A program made the translations under genes and the position numbers. DNA of 64,000 bases from assembly GCA_963675295.2 (NCBI GenBank), contig CAXXKJ010000002.1, forward strand, positions 1,056,001 to 1,120,000, written 5' to 3'. Within the stretch, counting starts at the first letter, position 1; each line of letters begins with the position of its first letter. Source of the stretch: a bacterium (GTDB lineage Bacteria; Electryoneota; Electryoneia; Electryoneales; Electryoneaceae). Below the pieces are notes generated by a model. The model was not told where the DNA came from and searched no databases. It worked only from the letters and a program-made list of their open reading frames with translations. This document shows positions 8,070 to 18,224 of the stretch, piece after piece.

Positions 8070-11030
8070 ATGACGCGGTTCAAGAACAGTTTAGCAGCAG
8101 TGGTTTTCTTTGTGATGGTGGCGAGTATAGCCATGGGCCAGACTCCCGCGCCCTTCGGGTTGCAGGCGGATGTGGATCGCGCGACGGGCGCGACGACATT
8201 GAACTGGTACGAGTACAACCAGGACATGCTCGGCTACCACGATGGTTCGCTGGAGACTGCCTGGACCTCGACGACTGCCCCCGGGAATGCCTGGGCGGTA
8301 CACATGGTCGTGGACAATGAGGTAACACTGGATGCGGTCAGTGTTTACACCCTGGCGGCGATGGGAAACAACGGCTGGGTGCCGATGGAAGATGTCCAGC
8401 TGATGGTGTTGGACAGCAGCGGTGGGAGCGAACCGGGCACGGTGCTGTACACGTCCGATCCGCTTTCCGGCGATCCGGACGGCTGGGTGACGGTCGATGT
8501 CAGCGCGGAGAACTTCACGTTTACATCTGATTTCTGGGTTGCGGTGGTGTTTACGCAGACTGGTCGTCCGTTCATCGGTTGTGACTACACCGATCCGCAG
8601 TTGGGCGTGATGTACCAGGGTCTGCCGCCGTACACCTCCTGGGACCTGATGACCGCGTATTACAACATCGCGATCCAGGCACTGGTCAGCTCCAACGGGA
8701 CCGTTTCGTTGCTGGCTCCGGAAAGTGGCGCGAACACGGAACCGGTACAGGACGTGGAAAACGTGATGCAATGGGACGCTCCGGAAGGCATGAGCGCGCC
8801 GATGGGCATCCCGGCGGCGTGGGATTCGCAGGCGAACGAGCTGGATGATTTCATCACGTACAAGGTGTACCGTGACGGCAATGAGATCGCGCAGACGACC
8901 GACGATACCTACACGGACTACCTCACTGCGGAAGGCAGCTACGAGTATTCGGTGACGGCGTTGCATGACAACGACGAATCCGATCCGACGATCGCGGACG
9001 CATACTGGACGGGCAACATCGCTCCTGCGATCAACCCGGCGGTTGCGGTGAACTCGGGAACGGGCGAAGCGACGGTTTCCTGGGATGCGCCCGAATGGGG
9101 CAACCCGGCTGTGGTGATGGGTGAGTTTGAAGAGCCGGCCGCCAACCAGTGGTACTGGGAAGGCGGAACGTTCTGCATGAAGTTCACGCCGGCAGAATTG
9201 TGCCGTCTGATCGCGGTGCGTATGCACCTCGTCGGTGCAGCCGAGTTCGGCGTGCGGTTGTTCGACGTCGAAAACGGCTGGCCGAACAACATGATCCTCG
9301 ACATGGTTCACGGTGAGCACGAACCGGGCTGGGTCGAGATCAACCTCGAAGATCAGTTCCTGTTCTTTGACGAACCGTTCGTGGCAGGTTTCCTTGACAT
9401 GAACAGCCAGAACCGGATCACGTACAACAACGCGGTTGGCGCGAACAGCTTCCTGTGGAATCCGAGCGGCAACTGGGGCAACTTCAACGGCGGCGAACTC
9501 GCGCTGTACATCGAAGCGGTCGTTGAGTATCCGAACGGGTCGCAGGCGATGCTCGGCGGTGGCAACCAGATCGACGACCTCGCCGGATTCCAGATCTTCC
9601 GTGATGGCAACATGGTCGGCCAGGTCGGTCCGAACGCACGTGAGTACACCGACACGCTTCCGGGATCGGGCAACTATGAGTACACGGTTGTCGCGCATTA
9701 CAACGAAGGCGTTGCGCCGGCCAGCGCTCCGGTCTATGCCAACTGGGAAGAACCGGTACAGATTGCGGACATCCAGACCGATCCGGATTCCTATCTCGGA
9801 ACGGAAGTCACGCTAGTTGCTGTTGTCACGCAGGGCCACAACACCGTTCACACTGAATACGTGGACGTTTACATCCAGGACAATTCCGGTTACGGCATCG
9901 CGGTGTACTCGTGGGATCCGGCCCTGGGCGTCGGCCTCGACCGTGGTGATTTGATCGAGATTACGGGCACGATTGACCAGTACTTCGATACGACAGAGCT
10001 GATCAACTTTACGTTCACCGAGCTGTCCAGCGGGAATCCGTTGCCGGAACCGATGGTATTTGCAACTGGCGATATCGACGACTCAGTGCCTTTTGAGGGC
10101 GTATGGGCGGAAATTACCGGCACGCTCCAGTGGGATCCGAGCGAGCCGGGAACCAGTTTCAACATTTGGGTTGACGACGGATCCGGTCCGGCCGATGTGC
10201 GCATCTGGGGGGACGCCTACCTGGATTTCAGTGGGTTCCTGGGCGGTGACGAGATCACGTTGCGCGGTACGCTCGATTCCTACAACGGCATTGGGCAGCT
10301 CCAGCCGAGCGAGCAGGAAGACATTGAAGCCCCGCAGAACAACGATCCGGCGGTGTTGACCCTGACACCGGTTCAGACCACGGTCCCGCCGAACGGTGGC
10401 AACGTGGTGTACAACCTGCACCTGCAGAGCTTCCTGCCGGGTTCATATCCGAACCTGTATTACAAGACCTACGCGCACCTTCCGAACGGCACACTGTATG
10501 GTCCCGTCAGCAACCAGACGTTCACGATGACGCCGTTCATGAACGTGACGTTGAACAACCAGACGTTGTCCGTTCCCGCGATGGCGCCGGCTGGTGTGTA
10601 CACGTTCGAGGGCCGTGTCGGGATGAACGCGAACCTGTACATCCTGGACACGTTCGAGTTTACCAAGAGCGCCAGTGGTGTTGAGTCCGATGACGTGGTG
10701 ACTGAGTGGGCGGCCAGCGAAGTGGCGTTCAACGGTGCCGCCGCGGCGACGGTCGAGCTGCCGGACGAGTACGACATGGGCCAGGCGTGGCCGAACCCGT
10801 TCAACCCGACGTGTGCAGTGGATGTGCGTCTGCCGGAAGCGTCCGAGCTGACTGTCAGCGTATTCAATGTGATGGGGCAGCGTGTGGCGACCCTGGCCAG
10901 TGGAATCACGCCGGCTGGAGCGCATACGTTCAGCTTTGACGGTTCGCAGTTGAGCAGTGGGATTTACTTCATCCGCGCGGAAGTGCCGGGCCAGCTGAAC
11001 GAGCTGCGCAAGGTGACCCTGATGAAGTAA
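8070..11030 (+). CDS. T9SS-CTD secreted multidomain protein (FN3-like, OB-fold-like and Ig modules)
   Basis: AGGAGAG RBS, signal peptide, two Y.VYRDG...YEY.V.A FN3-like units, YIQDNSG and VDDGSG OB-like units, C-terminal WPNPFN...LRKVTLMK. Confidence 0.9.
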   Translation: MTRFKNSLAAVVFFVMVASIAMGQTPAPFGLQADVDRATGATTLNWYEYNQDMLGYHDGSLETAWTSTTAPGNAWAVHMVVDNEVTLDAVSVYTLAAMGNNGWVPMEDVQLMVLDSSGGSEPGTVLYTSDPLSGDPDGWVTVDVSAENFTFTSDFWVAVVFTQTGRPFIGCDYTDPQLGVMYQGLPPYTSWDLMTAYYNIAIQALVSSNGTVSLLAPESGANTEPVQDVENVMQWDAPEGMSAPMGIPAAWDSQANELDDFITYKVYRDGNEIAQTTDDTYTDYLTAEGSYEYSVTALHDNDESDPTIADAYWTGNIAPAINPAVAVNSGTGEATVSWDAPEWGNPAVVMGEFEEPAANQWYWEGGTFCMKFTPAELCRLIAVRMHLVGAAEFGVRLFDVENGWPNNMILDMVHGEHEPGWVEINLEDQFLFFDEPFVAGFLDMNSQNRITYNNAVGANSFLWNPSGNWGNFNGGELALYIEAVVEYPNGSQAMLGGGNQIDDLAGFQIFRDGNMVGQVGPNAREYTDTLPGSGNYEYTVVAHYNEGVAPASAPVYANWEEPVQIADIQTDPDSYLGTEVTLVAVVTQGHNTVHTEYVDVYIQDNSGYGIAVYSWDPALGVGLDRGDLIEITGTIDQYFDTTELINFTFTELSSGNPLPEPMVFATGDIDDSVPFEGVWAEITGTLQWDPSEPGTSFNIWVDDGSGPADVRIWGDAYLDFSGFLGGDEITLRGTLDSYNGIGQLQPSEQEDIEAPQNNDPAVLTLTPVQTTVPPNGGNVVYNLHLQSFLPGSYPNLYYKTYAHLPNGTLYGPVSNQTFTMTPFMNVTLNNQTLSVPAMAPAGVYTFEGRVGMNANLYILDTFEFTKSASGVESDDVVTEWAASEVAFNGAAAATVELPDEYDMGQAWPNPFNPTCAVDVRLPEASELTVSVFNVMGQRVATLASGITPAGAHTFSFDGSQLSSGIYFIRAEVPGQLNELRKVTLMK

Positions 11031-11056
11031 AGCTGATGTGAACGAGTGGTATCTCG

Positions 11057-11087
11057 ACCCCCATGCCGGTCCGGTGTGGGGGTTTTT
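11057..11087 (+). terminator. Intrinsic terminator
   Basis: ACCCCCATGCCGG/CCGGTGTGGGGGT followed by a T-tract. Confidence 0.7.
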
Positions 11088-11156
11088 CCGTGACGGGGCG
11101 TGAATCGTGGCGGCGAAGACGCGAAAGTGATTTCTCCTCCGTTATTGGTTCCACCC

Positions 11157-11245
11157 TTGCGCGGCGCGATTTGGCGCGGTAGCTTTGCCTTTCCATGATG
11201 CGCATCGGGGAACCGGCGGAGAACCGGCTTCCCCGATGCCTTTTT
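11157..11245 (+). promoter_or_regulatory. Putative sigma70 promoter and leader terminator/attenuator of greA
   Basis: TTGCGC-N17-TAGCTT, then hairpin GCATCGGGGAACCGG...CCGGCTTCCCCGATGC with CTTTTT about 40 nt before the greA ATG. Confidence 0.55.
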
Positions 11246-11285
11246 CTGTGGTTTTTCAGAACGAGTAACGCCAGGAAGTGGAAGC

Positions 11286-11774
11286 ATGAACGAACGGATT
11301 GAAGCCGTCCGCAAAGCCCTCGAGAAAGAAATCGCTGAAGTGACGCATGAGCTGGAAGTCGATCTTCCGATTCGGATTGACGAAGCCCGCCAGAAGGGTG
11401 ACCTGTCGGAAAACGCCGAGTATGAATCGGCGAAAGAGCGTCAGAACTACTGCGCGGTGCGGTTGCAGCAGCTCCGTCACCGTCACCAGCGTCTCGCAAA
11501 CATCGACTTGAACGATGTGGACAAGACGTCGGTAGGCTTATACTCGGTGGTCGATCTCGAGGAAACGGCCAACGGCAAGCGTTACTCGTATGAGCTCGTG
11601 CTCGCCGAAGAGATGGATGTGAAGAAGGGAATGATCTCGATCTTGTCGCCGATCGGGCAGCAGCTTCGTGGTTCGAAAGCCGGTCAGACGGTTGAGATCG
11701 AGACTCCGGCTCGTACCTTCAAGCTGAAAGTACACGCATTTACCAATATCCTCGGGGAGCGTTTCGACGCCTGA
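11286..11774 (+). CDS. greA: Transcription elongation factor GreA
   Basis: AR.KGDLSENAEYESAKE and ISILSPIG motifs. Confidence 0.95.
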   Translation: MNERIEAVRKALEKEIAEVTHELEVDLPIRIDEARQKGDLSENAEYESAKERQNYCAVRLQQLRHRHQRLANIDLNDVDKTSVGLYSVVDLEETANGKRYSYELVLAEEMDVKKGMISILSPIGQQLRGSKAGQTVEIETPARTFKLKVHAFTNILGERFDA

Positions 11775-11867
11775 CCGACTGTGCCGTACCTTCCCCGCGC
11801 TTAAACGTGCGACCTGACTGTCCACGAGCTGGAGTGGAAGAGCTCTGGCTCGGCGGAGTGAAGACCG

Positions 11868-13949
11868 ATGATGGAACCCGAAGACAGCGCTCAATCCCGG
11901 AATCCGTTCAAACGGATCCTGCGTGAAATTCGCCTGATTCCGACCCATGAGTACATTTTCAACTTGCTCATGGGCGTGGTCATCGGCGTGATCGGTGGCT
12001 ACGGCGCGGTCGGATTCCGCCTCGCCATCGGTGCGGTCCAGCTCGGCAGTTGGGGTGTACTCGAACCCACCTACGAATTCCTGCTTGGTGTGCCCTGGTA
12101 CCTGCGTTTGCTGATCCCGGTTGCTGGCGGTTTGATTGTCGGCCCGATCGTCACCTTCTTCGCGTCTGAAGCGAAAGGGCATGGCGTTCCAGAGGTGATG
12201 GCGTCGGTCGCGACCCGTGGTGGGATCATCCGCAGCCGTGTCGCCGCGGCGAAAGTGGTCGCGTCAGCGGTAACCATCGGGTCGGGTGGTTCGGCGGGGT
12301 CAGAGGGTCCGATTGTGCAGATCGGGTCCGGTGTCGCCTCCGCGCTCGGGCAGCTGTTCAAGGTCAGCGCGCGGAAGATGAAGACCTATGTCGGTTGCGG
12401 TGCGGCAGCCGGTATCGCGGCGACCTTCAACGCGCCTGTCGCGGGGATGCTGTTCAGCCTCGAAATCATCATGGGAAACTTCGCGGTTTCCAATATCAGC
12501 CCGATCATCGTTGCCTCAGTGACCGCGACCGCGATTTCCCGTTCGATCCTTGGTGAAGCTCCTGCGTTTGCGGTGCCGGAATATCACCTCGCGAGTCCGA
12601 TGGAGCTGGTGCACTACGCGATCCTCGGTCTTGCCGCCGGGCTGGTCGCGGTGGTGTTTGCCAAGATTCTCGACGGCACGGAAACGTTTTTCGAAAACCT
12701 GCGCGTGCCGGATTGGATCAAACCGGCGATTGGTGGGCTGATCATCGGGACACTTGGCGCGCTCGGTTTGCCGCATGTGTACGGCGTCGGGTACGAATTC
12801 ATCGAAACCGCCTTGCATGGTGAACTGGCGCTCGGGTTATTGCTGATGCTGATCGCGGCAAAGATTGTCGCGACTTCAGCGACGCTCGGCTCCGGCGGTT
12901 CGGGCGGTATTCTCGCGCCATCACTGTTCCTCGGGGCGATGACCGGCGGTGTTGTGTGGTATGCCGCGCACGCGGTATCGCCGGACTTTGTCGCACCGAA
13001 TTTTGGCCCGTACGCATTGGTCGGCATGGCGGCGGTGGTCGCTTCGGCGACACGTGCCCCACTGCAGGCGATCCTGATTCTGTTCGAGCTGACCGGCGGC
13101 TACGCGATTATCCTTCCGTTGATGCTGTCCTCGATTATCGCCACGATCTTCGGCGGACGGCTGATGAAGGAAAGCATTTACACGGTCAAGCTGGTCGCAA
13201 AGGGGATCAAGCTCGGTCAGGTTGGTGAAGTGGACGTGCTCAAGGGCATCCAGGTCAGCGAGATCATGCGGGAAGAATACCTCGCGGTGCCGGACAACAT
13301 GCGTCTGCGGCCATTGCTGGATACCATCAGCGACTCGCAGGAACACTCCACGGTGTTTGTCATCGACCGGGAAGAGAACCTGATGGGGCATGTCTCGTTC
13401 CACGAGCTGCGCCAGATCCTGTTTGACGTCGAAGCGTTGGAACCGGTGTTGGTCGCGGCGGACATTGCCGACCTGACGCCGACCTCGGTGCGTCCGGACG
13501 ACACACTCGATGTTGTGATGCGCCTGTTCGCGCAACGGAACCTCGACGAGCTTCCGGTTGTCGATCCGAAGAATCCGCGTCAGATCATCGGCAGCGTGCA
13601 CCGGGACGATGTCGCGATCACCTATTCTGACGAGATCATCAAGCGCGACCTCGCGGGCTCGCTGGCGTCGCAGGTGCATACCGTGCGGCGGATGCACAAA
13701 TCTCCGCTGGCACCGGGGTACGCGATGGCGGAAATTGAACTACCGGTGCAGTTTGCGGGCAAGACGCTGAAGGAGCTTGATCTGCGCAACACGCACCGGA
13801 TTGATGTGCTGGTGGTGCGTCGACGTGCCGCGGACAAGACCGGCGTGGTGGAAAGCGTGGTTCCGGACGCGGATCTGGCGTTGCAGCATGGGGACGTACT
13901 GCTCATCTCCGGCCCGGAAGAAGTTGTCGAGAAGCTGTCAACAGAGTAA
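11868..13949 (+). CDS. ClC-family chloride channel/antiporter with CBS pair and RCK_C (TrkA-C) domain
   Basis: GHGVPE, GSAGSEGP, AATFNAP, GGILAP motifs; CBS repeats; C-terminal GKTLKEL.LR...GD.L.I.G. Confidence 0.93.
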   Translation: MMEPEDSAQSRNPFKRILREIRLIPTHEYIFNLLMGVVIGVIGGYGAVGFRLAIGAVQLGSWGVLEPTYEFLLGVPWYLRLLIPVAGGLIVGPIVTFFASEAKGHGVPEVMASVATRGGIIRSRVAAAKVVASAVTIGSGGSAGSEGPIVQIGSGVASALGQLFKVSARKMKTYVGCGAAAGIAATFNAPVAGMLFSLEIIMGNFAVSNISPIIVASVTATAISRSILGEAPAFAVPEYHLASPMELVHYAILGLAAGLVAVVFAKILDGTETFFENLRVPDWIKPAIGGLIIGTLGALGLPHVYGVGYEFIETALHGELALGLLLMLIAAKIVATSATLGSGGSGGILAPSLFLGAMTGGVVWYAAHAVSPDFVAPNFGPYALVGMAAVVASATRAPLQAILILFELTGGYAIILPLMLSSIIATIFGGRLMKESIYTVKLVAKGIKLGQVGEVDVLKGIQVSEIMREEYLAVPDNMRLRPLLDTISDSQEHSTVFVIDREENLMGHVSFHELRQILFDVEALEPVLVAADIADLTPTSVRPDDTLDVVMRLFAQRNLDELPVVDPKNPRQIIGSVHRDDVAITYSDEIIKRDLAGSLASQVHTVRRMHKSPLAPGYAMAEIELPVQFAGKTLKELDLRNTHRIDVLVVRRRAADKTGVVESVVPDADLALQHGDVLLISGPEEVVEKLSTE

Positions 13950-13971
13950 AAAGCAGCAACAGTTGAGCATA

Positions 13972-14006
13972 CAAAGCCCGGCGATCCATGGATCACCGGG
14001 CTTTTT
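13972..14006. terminator. Bidirectional intrinsic terminator
   Basis: AAAGCCCGGCGATCC/GGATCACCGGGCTTTTT between convergent genes. Confidence 0.75.
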
Positions 14007-14078
14007 CTCCCCGATCCCAGCGGCTGCCGGGATCTCCCCATCAGGGATACGACGAAACACGCAGTTTGCGAACAGGAT

Positions 14079-15398
14079 CTATTTCAGCAGCACGACTTTT
14101 TGTGTCAGGCCGGAGATGCCGTCCACCTCGGCGTGGAGAAAGTATAATCCGCCCGCGATGTTATTGCCGCTGACCGCGAAGGTGTGCCGTCCCGGCGCGA
14201 GAAAGCCGTCATGGACACGGCGTACCTGCCGGCCGAGGGTATCGAACAGCGCCAGCTCGACGTGCGCCGGTTGCGGCAGATCGAGCACGCAACGCGTTGT
14301 TGCGTTGAACGGGTTCGGGCTTACGGGGTGCAGTTCGAAATGGTCGGGCAGAGTGCGTCGCAGGCCGTGTTCCGGTGCGGAGGTAATGTTGTAAAACACC
14401 GAGTCGAAAAACGCGAAGGTGTACGGGAACCGGTCCGCGAGCGCGTTGTTATGGTCGCCGGGGTGGATGTCAAAGCGGCAGTCGAGCCCCTGTGCAAGCA
14501 CGCTGTCAACGAACGCCGCCGCGACCTCATCCCACAGTTCGTCATCCTCGCCGACCTGGATGTAGATCGCCGGTTGTGTCGCGGGGGTGTGGTCGAGCGC
14601 GAGGTGCGGCGGGTCGTCGTTGACCCATTCGGGCCACACACCGGGGTCGATGTCGCCGTTGTTGTCGATCGGCAGATCGACGGGTTCGGGCTGATTGTTC
14701 AGGTTCGGCGAGAACGCCGCCGCCATGCTGAACAGCACCTCGGACCACACACCAGCGCTTGGCGAGTACGGTCCGGACCCGCCGTTTTCGTCCAGCACCC
14801 ACGGCGTGATGCCGTTGATGGTAGTTGTGAAGTCGATCACGCCACCATGTGTCCCGACCGCACGGAATACATCAGCATGACGGAGCGCGTTGGACAGCGC
14901 GCCGTACCCGCCCATCGAGTGTCCCATAATCGCGCGCTTGTTCGGATCAGCGCAGGTGTTGAAGGTATCGTCGGCCCAAGTAACGAGATCGTTCCAGACG
15001 TAGTCTGAATACGCGCCGTTGACCTCACTGTTGTTCCACCATGTCATCCCGCCGTAGTCGCCGAAGTTGCCGTCCGGCATCACGCAGATCACCGGATGGA
15101 TGTAGCCCTCGGGCGGTTCGCCGTCACCGGTCCAGGTGATGTCGTCGAGTATGTCGATCAGCATCGGGTAGCTGGCGGGGGTCGTGTAGCCGCCGTGCAG
15201 GAAGAAAACCGTCGGGTAGAGGGTCTCGGTGTCGTCCGGATCATACCCTTCGGGCAGGTAGGTAGTGATTTGTTTCAACGAGGTCAGGGACGGCATCCAA
15301 ATCAGGTCGGACTGAACCGTCCCCTCGGCCAGCACACCGCCGGCAAACGCAAATGTCAAGGTCAGGCACAACAGAGCAACCGTCAACGCGCGCATCAT
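14079..15398 (-). CDS. Secreted esterase (alpha/beta hydrolase) with T9SS CTD
   Basis: YLP.GY...YP.VFFLHG, GHSMGG nucleophile elbow, GDH; C-terminal SPNPFN...QKVVLLK. Start may be 15407 or 15395. Confidence 0.9.
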   Translation of the reverse strand: MMRALTVALLCLTLTFAFAGGVLAEGTVQSDLIWMPSLTSLKQITTYLPEGYDPDDTETLYPTVFFLHGGYTTPASYPMLIDILDDITWTGDGEPPEGYIHPVICVMPDGNFGDYGGMTWWNNSEVNGAYSDYVWNDLVTWADDTFNTCADPNKRAIMGHSMGGYGALSNALRHADVFRAVGTHGGVIDFTTTINGITPWVLDENGGSGPYSPSAGVWSEVLFSMAAAFSPNLNNQPEPVDLPIDNNGDIDPGVWPEWVNDDPPHLALDHTPATQPAIYIQVGEDDELWDEVAAAFVDSVLAQGLDCRFDIHPGDHNNALADRFPYTFAFFDSVFYNITSAPEHGLRRTLPDHFELHPVSPNPFNATTRCVLDLPQPAHVELALFDTLGRQVRRVHDGFLAPGRHTFAVSGNNIAGGLYFLHAEVDGISGLTQKVVLLK

Positions 15399-15532
15399 TT
15401 CCCCCATGATCGTGGTTGCGTTCAGGCGGAGTCCACATCTCCGCCATTGTGATCATGGGACGGAGTTCGCGTTTTCCCGGTTACTCCGAAGAGTCGACTT
15501 GATGAAGCTGCTTCAACAGAACGCTGTACCGG

Positions 15533-18073
15533 TCATTTCAACAACATCAGCTTACTGATTTGCTGATCTCTTTCATTCACTGCTTTGACAAAATACATGC
15601 CGCTAGGCAGGGTCGAACCGTCAATCGACAACGTGTGACGGCCTGCGGACAGGTGGCTGTCTGCAATGTCGAGCACATGCTGCCCGAGCACGTTGAACAG
15701 GGCGACCGAAATCTGGCTGGACCGTGGGAGGGTCAATTCAATCGTAGTGCTGGCGTTGAAAGGATTCGGAAAAGGCTTGCCCAACGACCATGAAGTTGGC
15801 AGGATTTGGTTCCCGAGGTCGGTTGCGGCCGGCGGGAAGGCCATCGTCAACGGCCAGTCTGCGGCGTTAACGTCCAGGTCTGCCGACCGCAGCACTCCTA
15901 GCTTGGAAAACTGAAAGCTATCCTGGACTTGCAGTTGCGGATGGTTGACGAATCCGGCACTGAGGGTGAACTGATAGGTACCAGCGGGCGCAATCGCCGG
16001 AATGGTTTGTGTGGCACCAACAACGTGAAGATCCGCATAGGCTGGCAGGGTAAAACGGAAATCCGGTGCAAACTGAATATCCTGGCCATTCGGCAGTCGC
16101 AACGATCTCCAGATAGCCACACTCGGCTGTGGTGAATCAAGGGCGGAAATCAGATGGACATCAAACTCAATTTCTCCGCCTTCTTCCGGTACTTCATTCA
16201 CAGTCGGATCCAGGTTCAAACGAACGGGGGCCGTATCACGATCGACGTAAAACGTCACATCGTCAACGCCCCACCTTCCCCTGGAGTAGTTGTTATTCAC
16301 ATCGTAGAAATACCAACTGATCAAGATGGATGATTCATTTTGCACCCTGTCCGATATGTCGAGAATCTCATTCGTTATGATATCGTCCGGGTACTCGATG
16401 ATCGTATCCCAGCTTTCGCCTCCGTCATTCGACCATTGGACCAGATGGTTTTCACCGTTATTCCAGGAGGTTTGATCAAAAAGCAGCAACACCTGTTGTG
16501 CGTCGCTGACGTCGATTTCCGGAGTGATCAGGCGTTCGAAATAGTCATTCAGCTGGCTGCCTGGCGCTGCGTCCATCAGCATGTACGGTGTCGGATAGTA
16601 GGCATGTTCGCTTCCATCGTCGATATGCCAGGTCACAGTGGCGACGGTGAATTCAATCGACCAAGTCAAAGGCAATCCATCATCAAAGGTTTCATCGAGT
16701 TCAAGTTTCAGTGGGTCGGGGTACAGTTCCGTGATTGGATCCAACAGTTCCGATTCACCGTCCGAATACATCGCTGTCACGTTCCAGTCGTGGAGTCCAT
16801 ATTCCTCAGACGAATCCACGTACTCCAGCTCCAGGGAGGTAGCGATCAGGAAACCATCTCGATAGATGCGATAGTTAATGAATTCGGGATCTTCACCGGG
16901 CGCGGCACTCCATGCGAGCAGCATTCCGTCATCCAAGCGGTTGACTTCGAGGTCAATGGGTTGCTGGGGACGCAGAAACACCATTTCAAGCCAGACGAGG
17001 TCATTGTCATCTCGCAATGGGACTGCCAGATCCAAATCACCATCAGCATCGATATCGCCGGAATCGAACCTTCCCGCATCCGTGAATGGTGGAGTTACAG
17101 CTACCTGACGCCATTGGTCGCCGGTTCCGGGATTGTTGAAGTAGAGCATTTGCGAGATCGTTCGTGTGATCACATCCGGGAAAGAGTCACCATCTACATC
17201 ATAGACCGCAAGATTTTGATATCCTTCGTTGATCGCGATTTCGTGATTAATCCACGTGTTCCCTGTTCCATCCACATTTTCGAACCAACGGAGCCCGGCT
17301 TTGGCCGCGAAAGCGTCCAGATCCCCGTCGAGGTCAACATCTGCGGCGGCGACATCATAGACAGGATGTGAAATGTCTTCGATCACATTCCTCGTAAAGC
17401 CCTGGGCACCATCATTTTCGTACCAGTACAGTGCGCGTGATGATATCGTCGCGAACACATCCAGGTCGCCATCGAGGTCGATATCGCCAACGGAAAACCC
17501 GTTTGGATTATCGTTCAACTCATCGCCGACGTCGTCGATGAGATGGCGGTTGAAGGCACCGGTTCCGTCATTGTCCCACCAGTAGATGATACCTAGTCCG
17601 TATGCGGTACCCAGAATGTCCTGATCGGCATCCTGATCGAGGTCAGATATGACCAGCCAGCGGGGATTGTCTATGTCCTCGTCTACAAAATGCTGTTCCC
17701 AATTCAGCCCGTCACCGTTAAGGTTTTCAAACCAGACGACCTTGTTCAGGATGCGGCTGTCACAAACGACATCATTGTCACCATCATTGTCGAGATCGAC
17801 ACCCCAGATGCTGTAGACACCGTCGATCTCATCGTTGACTTCATGTCGTACCCAGGACTGCCCCTGCCCGTCCTCATTTTCCCACCACGTAATGGGACCA
17901 GCCTGCTGGCCGATCGCGAGAATATCCTTGTCGCCATCCATATCGATGTCAGCAACAGATGCGATTTCAACATCCGGGTAGTAGGTCGTAATGTCGTGGG
18001 CAATCCAGCTTACTGCGGAAGCAGAGGATGCGAGCAAAATGAGCGAGATCAGGATCATCGGAACGGATTTCAT
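15533..18073 (-). CDS. FG-GAP/VCBS repeat protein with FN3, Ig module and T9SS CTD
   Basis: Seven D.D.DGD.D repeats with W.EN; FPNPFN...SKLMLLK. Confidence 0.9.
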   Translation of the reverse strand: MKSVPMILISLILLASSASAVSWIAHDITTYYPDVEIASVADIDMDGDKDILAIGQQAGPITWWENEDGQGQSWVRHEVNDEIDGVYSIWGVDLDNDGDNDVVCDSRILNKVVWFENLNGDGLNWEQHFVDEDIDNPRWLVISDLDQDADQDILGTAYGLGIIYWWDNDGTGAFNRHLIDDVGDELNDNPNGFSVGDIDLDGDLDVFATISSRALYWYENDGAQGFTRNVIEDISHPVYDVAAADVDLDGDLDAFAAKAGLRWFENVDGTGNTWINHEIAINEGYQNLAVYDVDGDSFPDVITRTISQMLYFNNPGTGDQWRQVAVTPPFTDAGRFDSGDIDADGDLDLAVPLRDDNDLVWLEMVFLRPQQPIDLEVNRLDDGMLLAWSAAPGEDPEFINYRIYRDGFLIATSLELEYVDSSEEYGLHDWNVTAMYSDGESELLDPITELYPDPLKLELDETFDDGLPLTWSIEFTVATVTWHIDDGSEHAYYPTPYMLMDAAPGSQLNDYFERLITPEIDVSDAQQVLLLFDQTSWNNGENHLVQWSNDGGESWDTIIEYPDDIITNEILDISDRVQNESSILISWYFYDVNNNYSRGRWGVDDVTFYVDRDTAPVRLNLDPTVNEVPEEGGEIEFDVHLISALDSPQPSVAIWRSLRLPNGQDIQFAPDFRFTLPAYADLHVVGATQTIPAIAPAGTYQFTLSAGFVNHPQLQVQDSFQFSKLGVLRSADLDVNAADWPLTMAFPPAATDLGNQILPTSWSLGKPFPNPFNASTTIELTLPRSSQISVALFNVLGQHVLDIADSHLSAGRHTLSIDGSTLPSGMYFVKAVNERDQQISKLMLLK

Positions 18074-18224
18074 GAATACACTCCCAGACTATTCGTCAAA
18101 TTCATCCAAGAGCTAATCTAGCGGTATTTCTCGATTCAGGCAACAAATTCAGTTCTTTATTTCATTTCACGTCGCTTGCTATGAAAACGCATACTGCAGC
18201 TTCGCTGGGATTACCCGATGTTTA

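Noticed and set aside
11868-13949. Fluoride-specific ClC-F
   Set aside because: Has GHGVP/GSEGP rather than the GNNLI/GREGT signatures; no fluoride riboswitch recognised.
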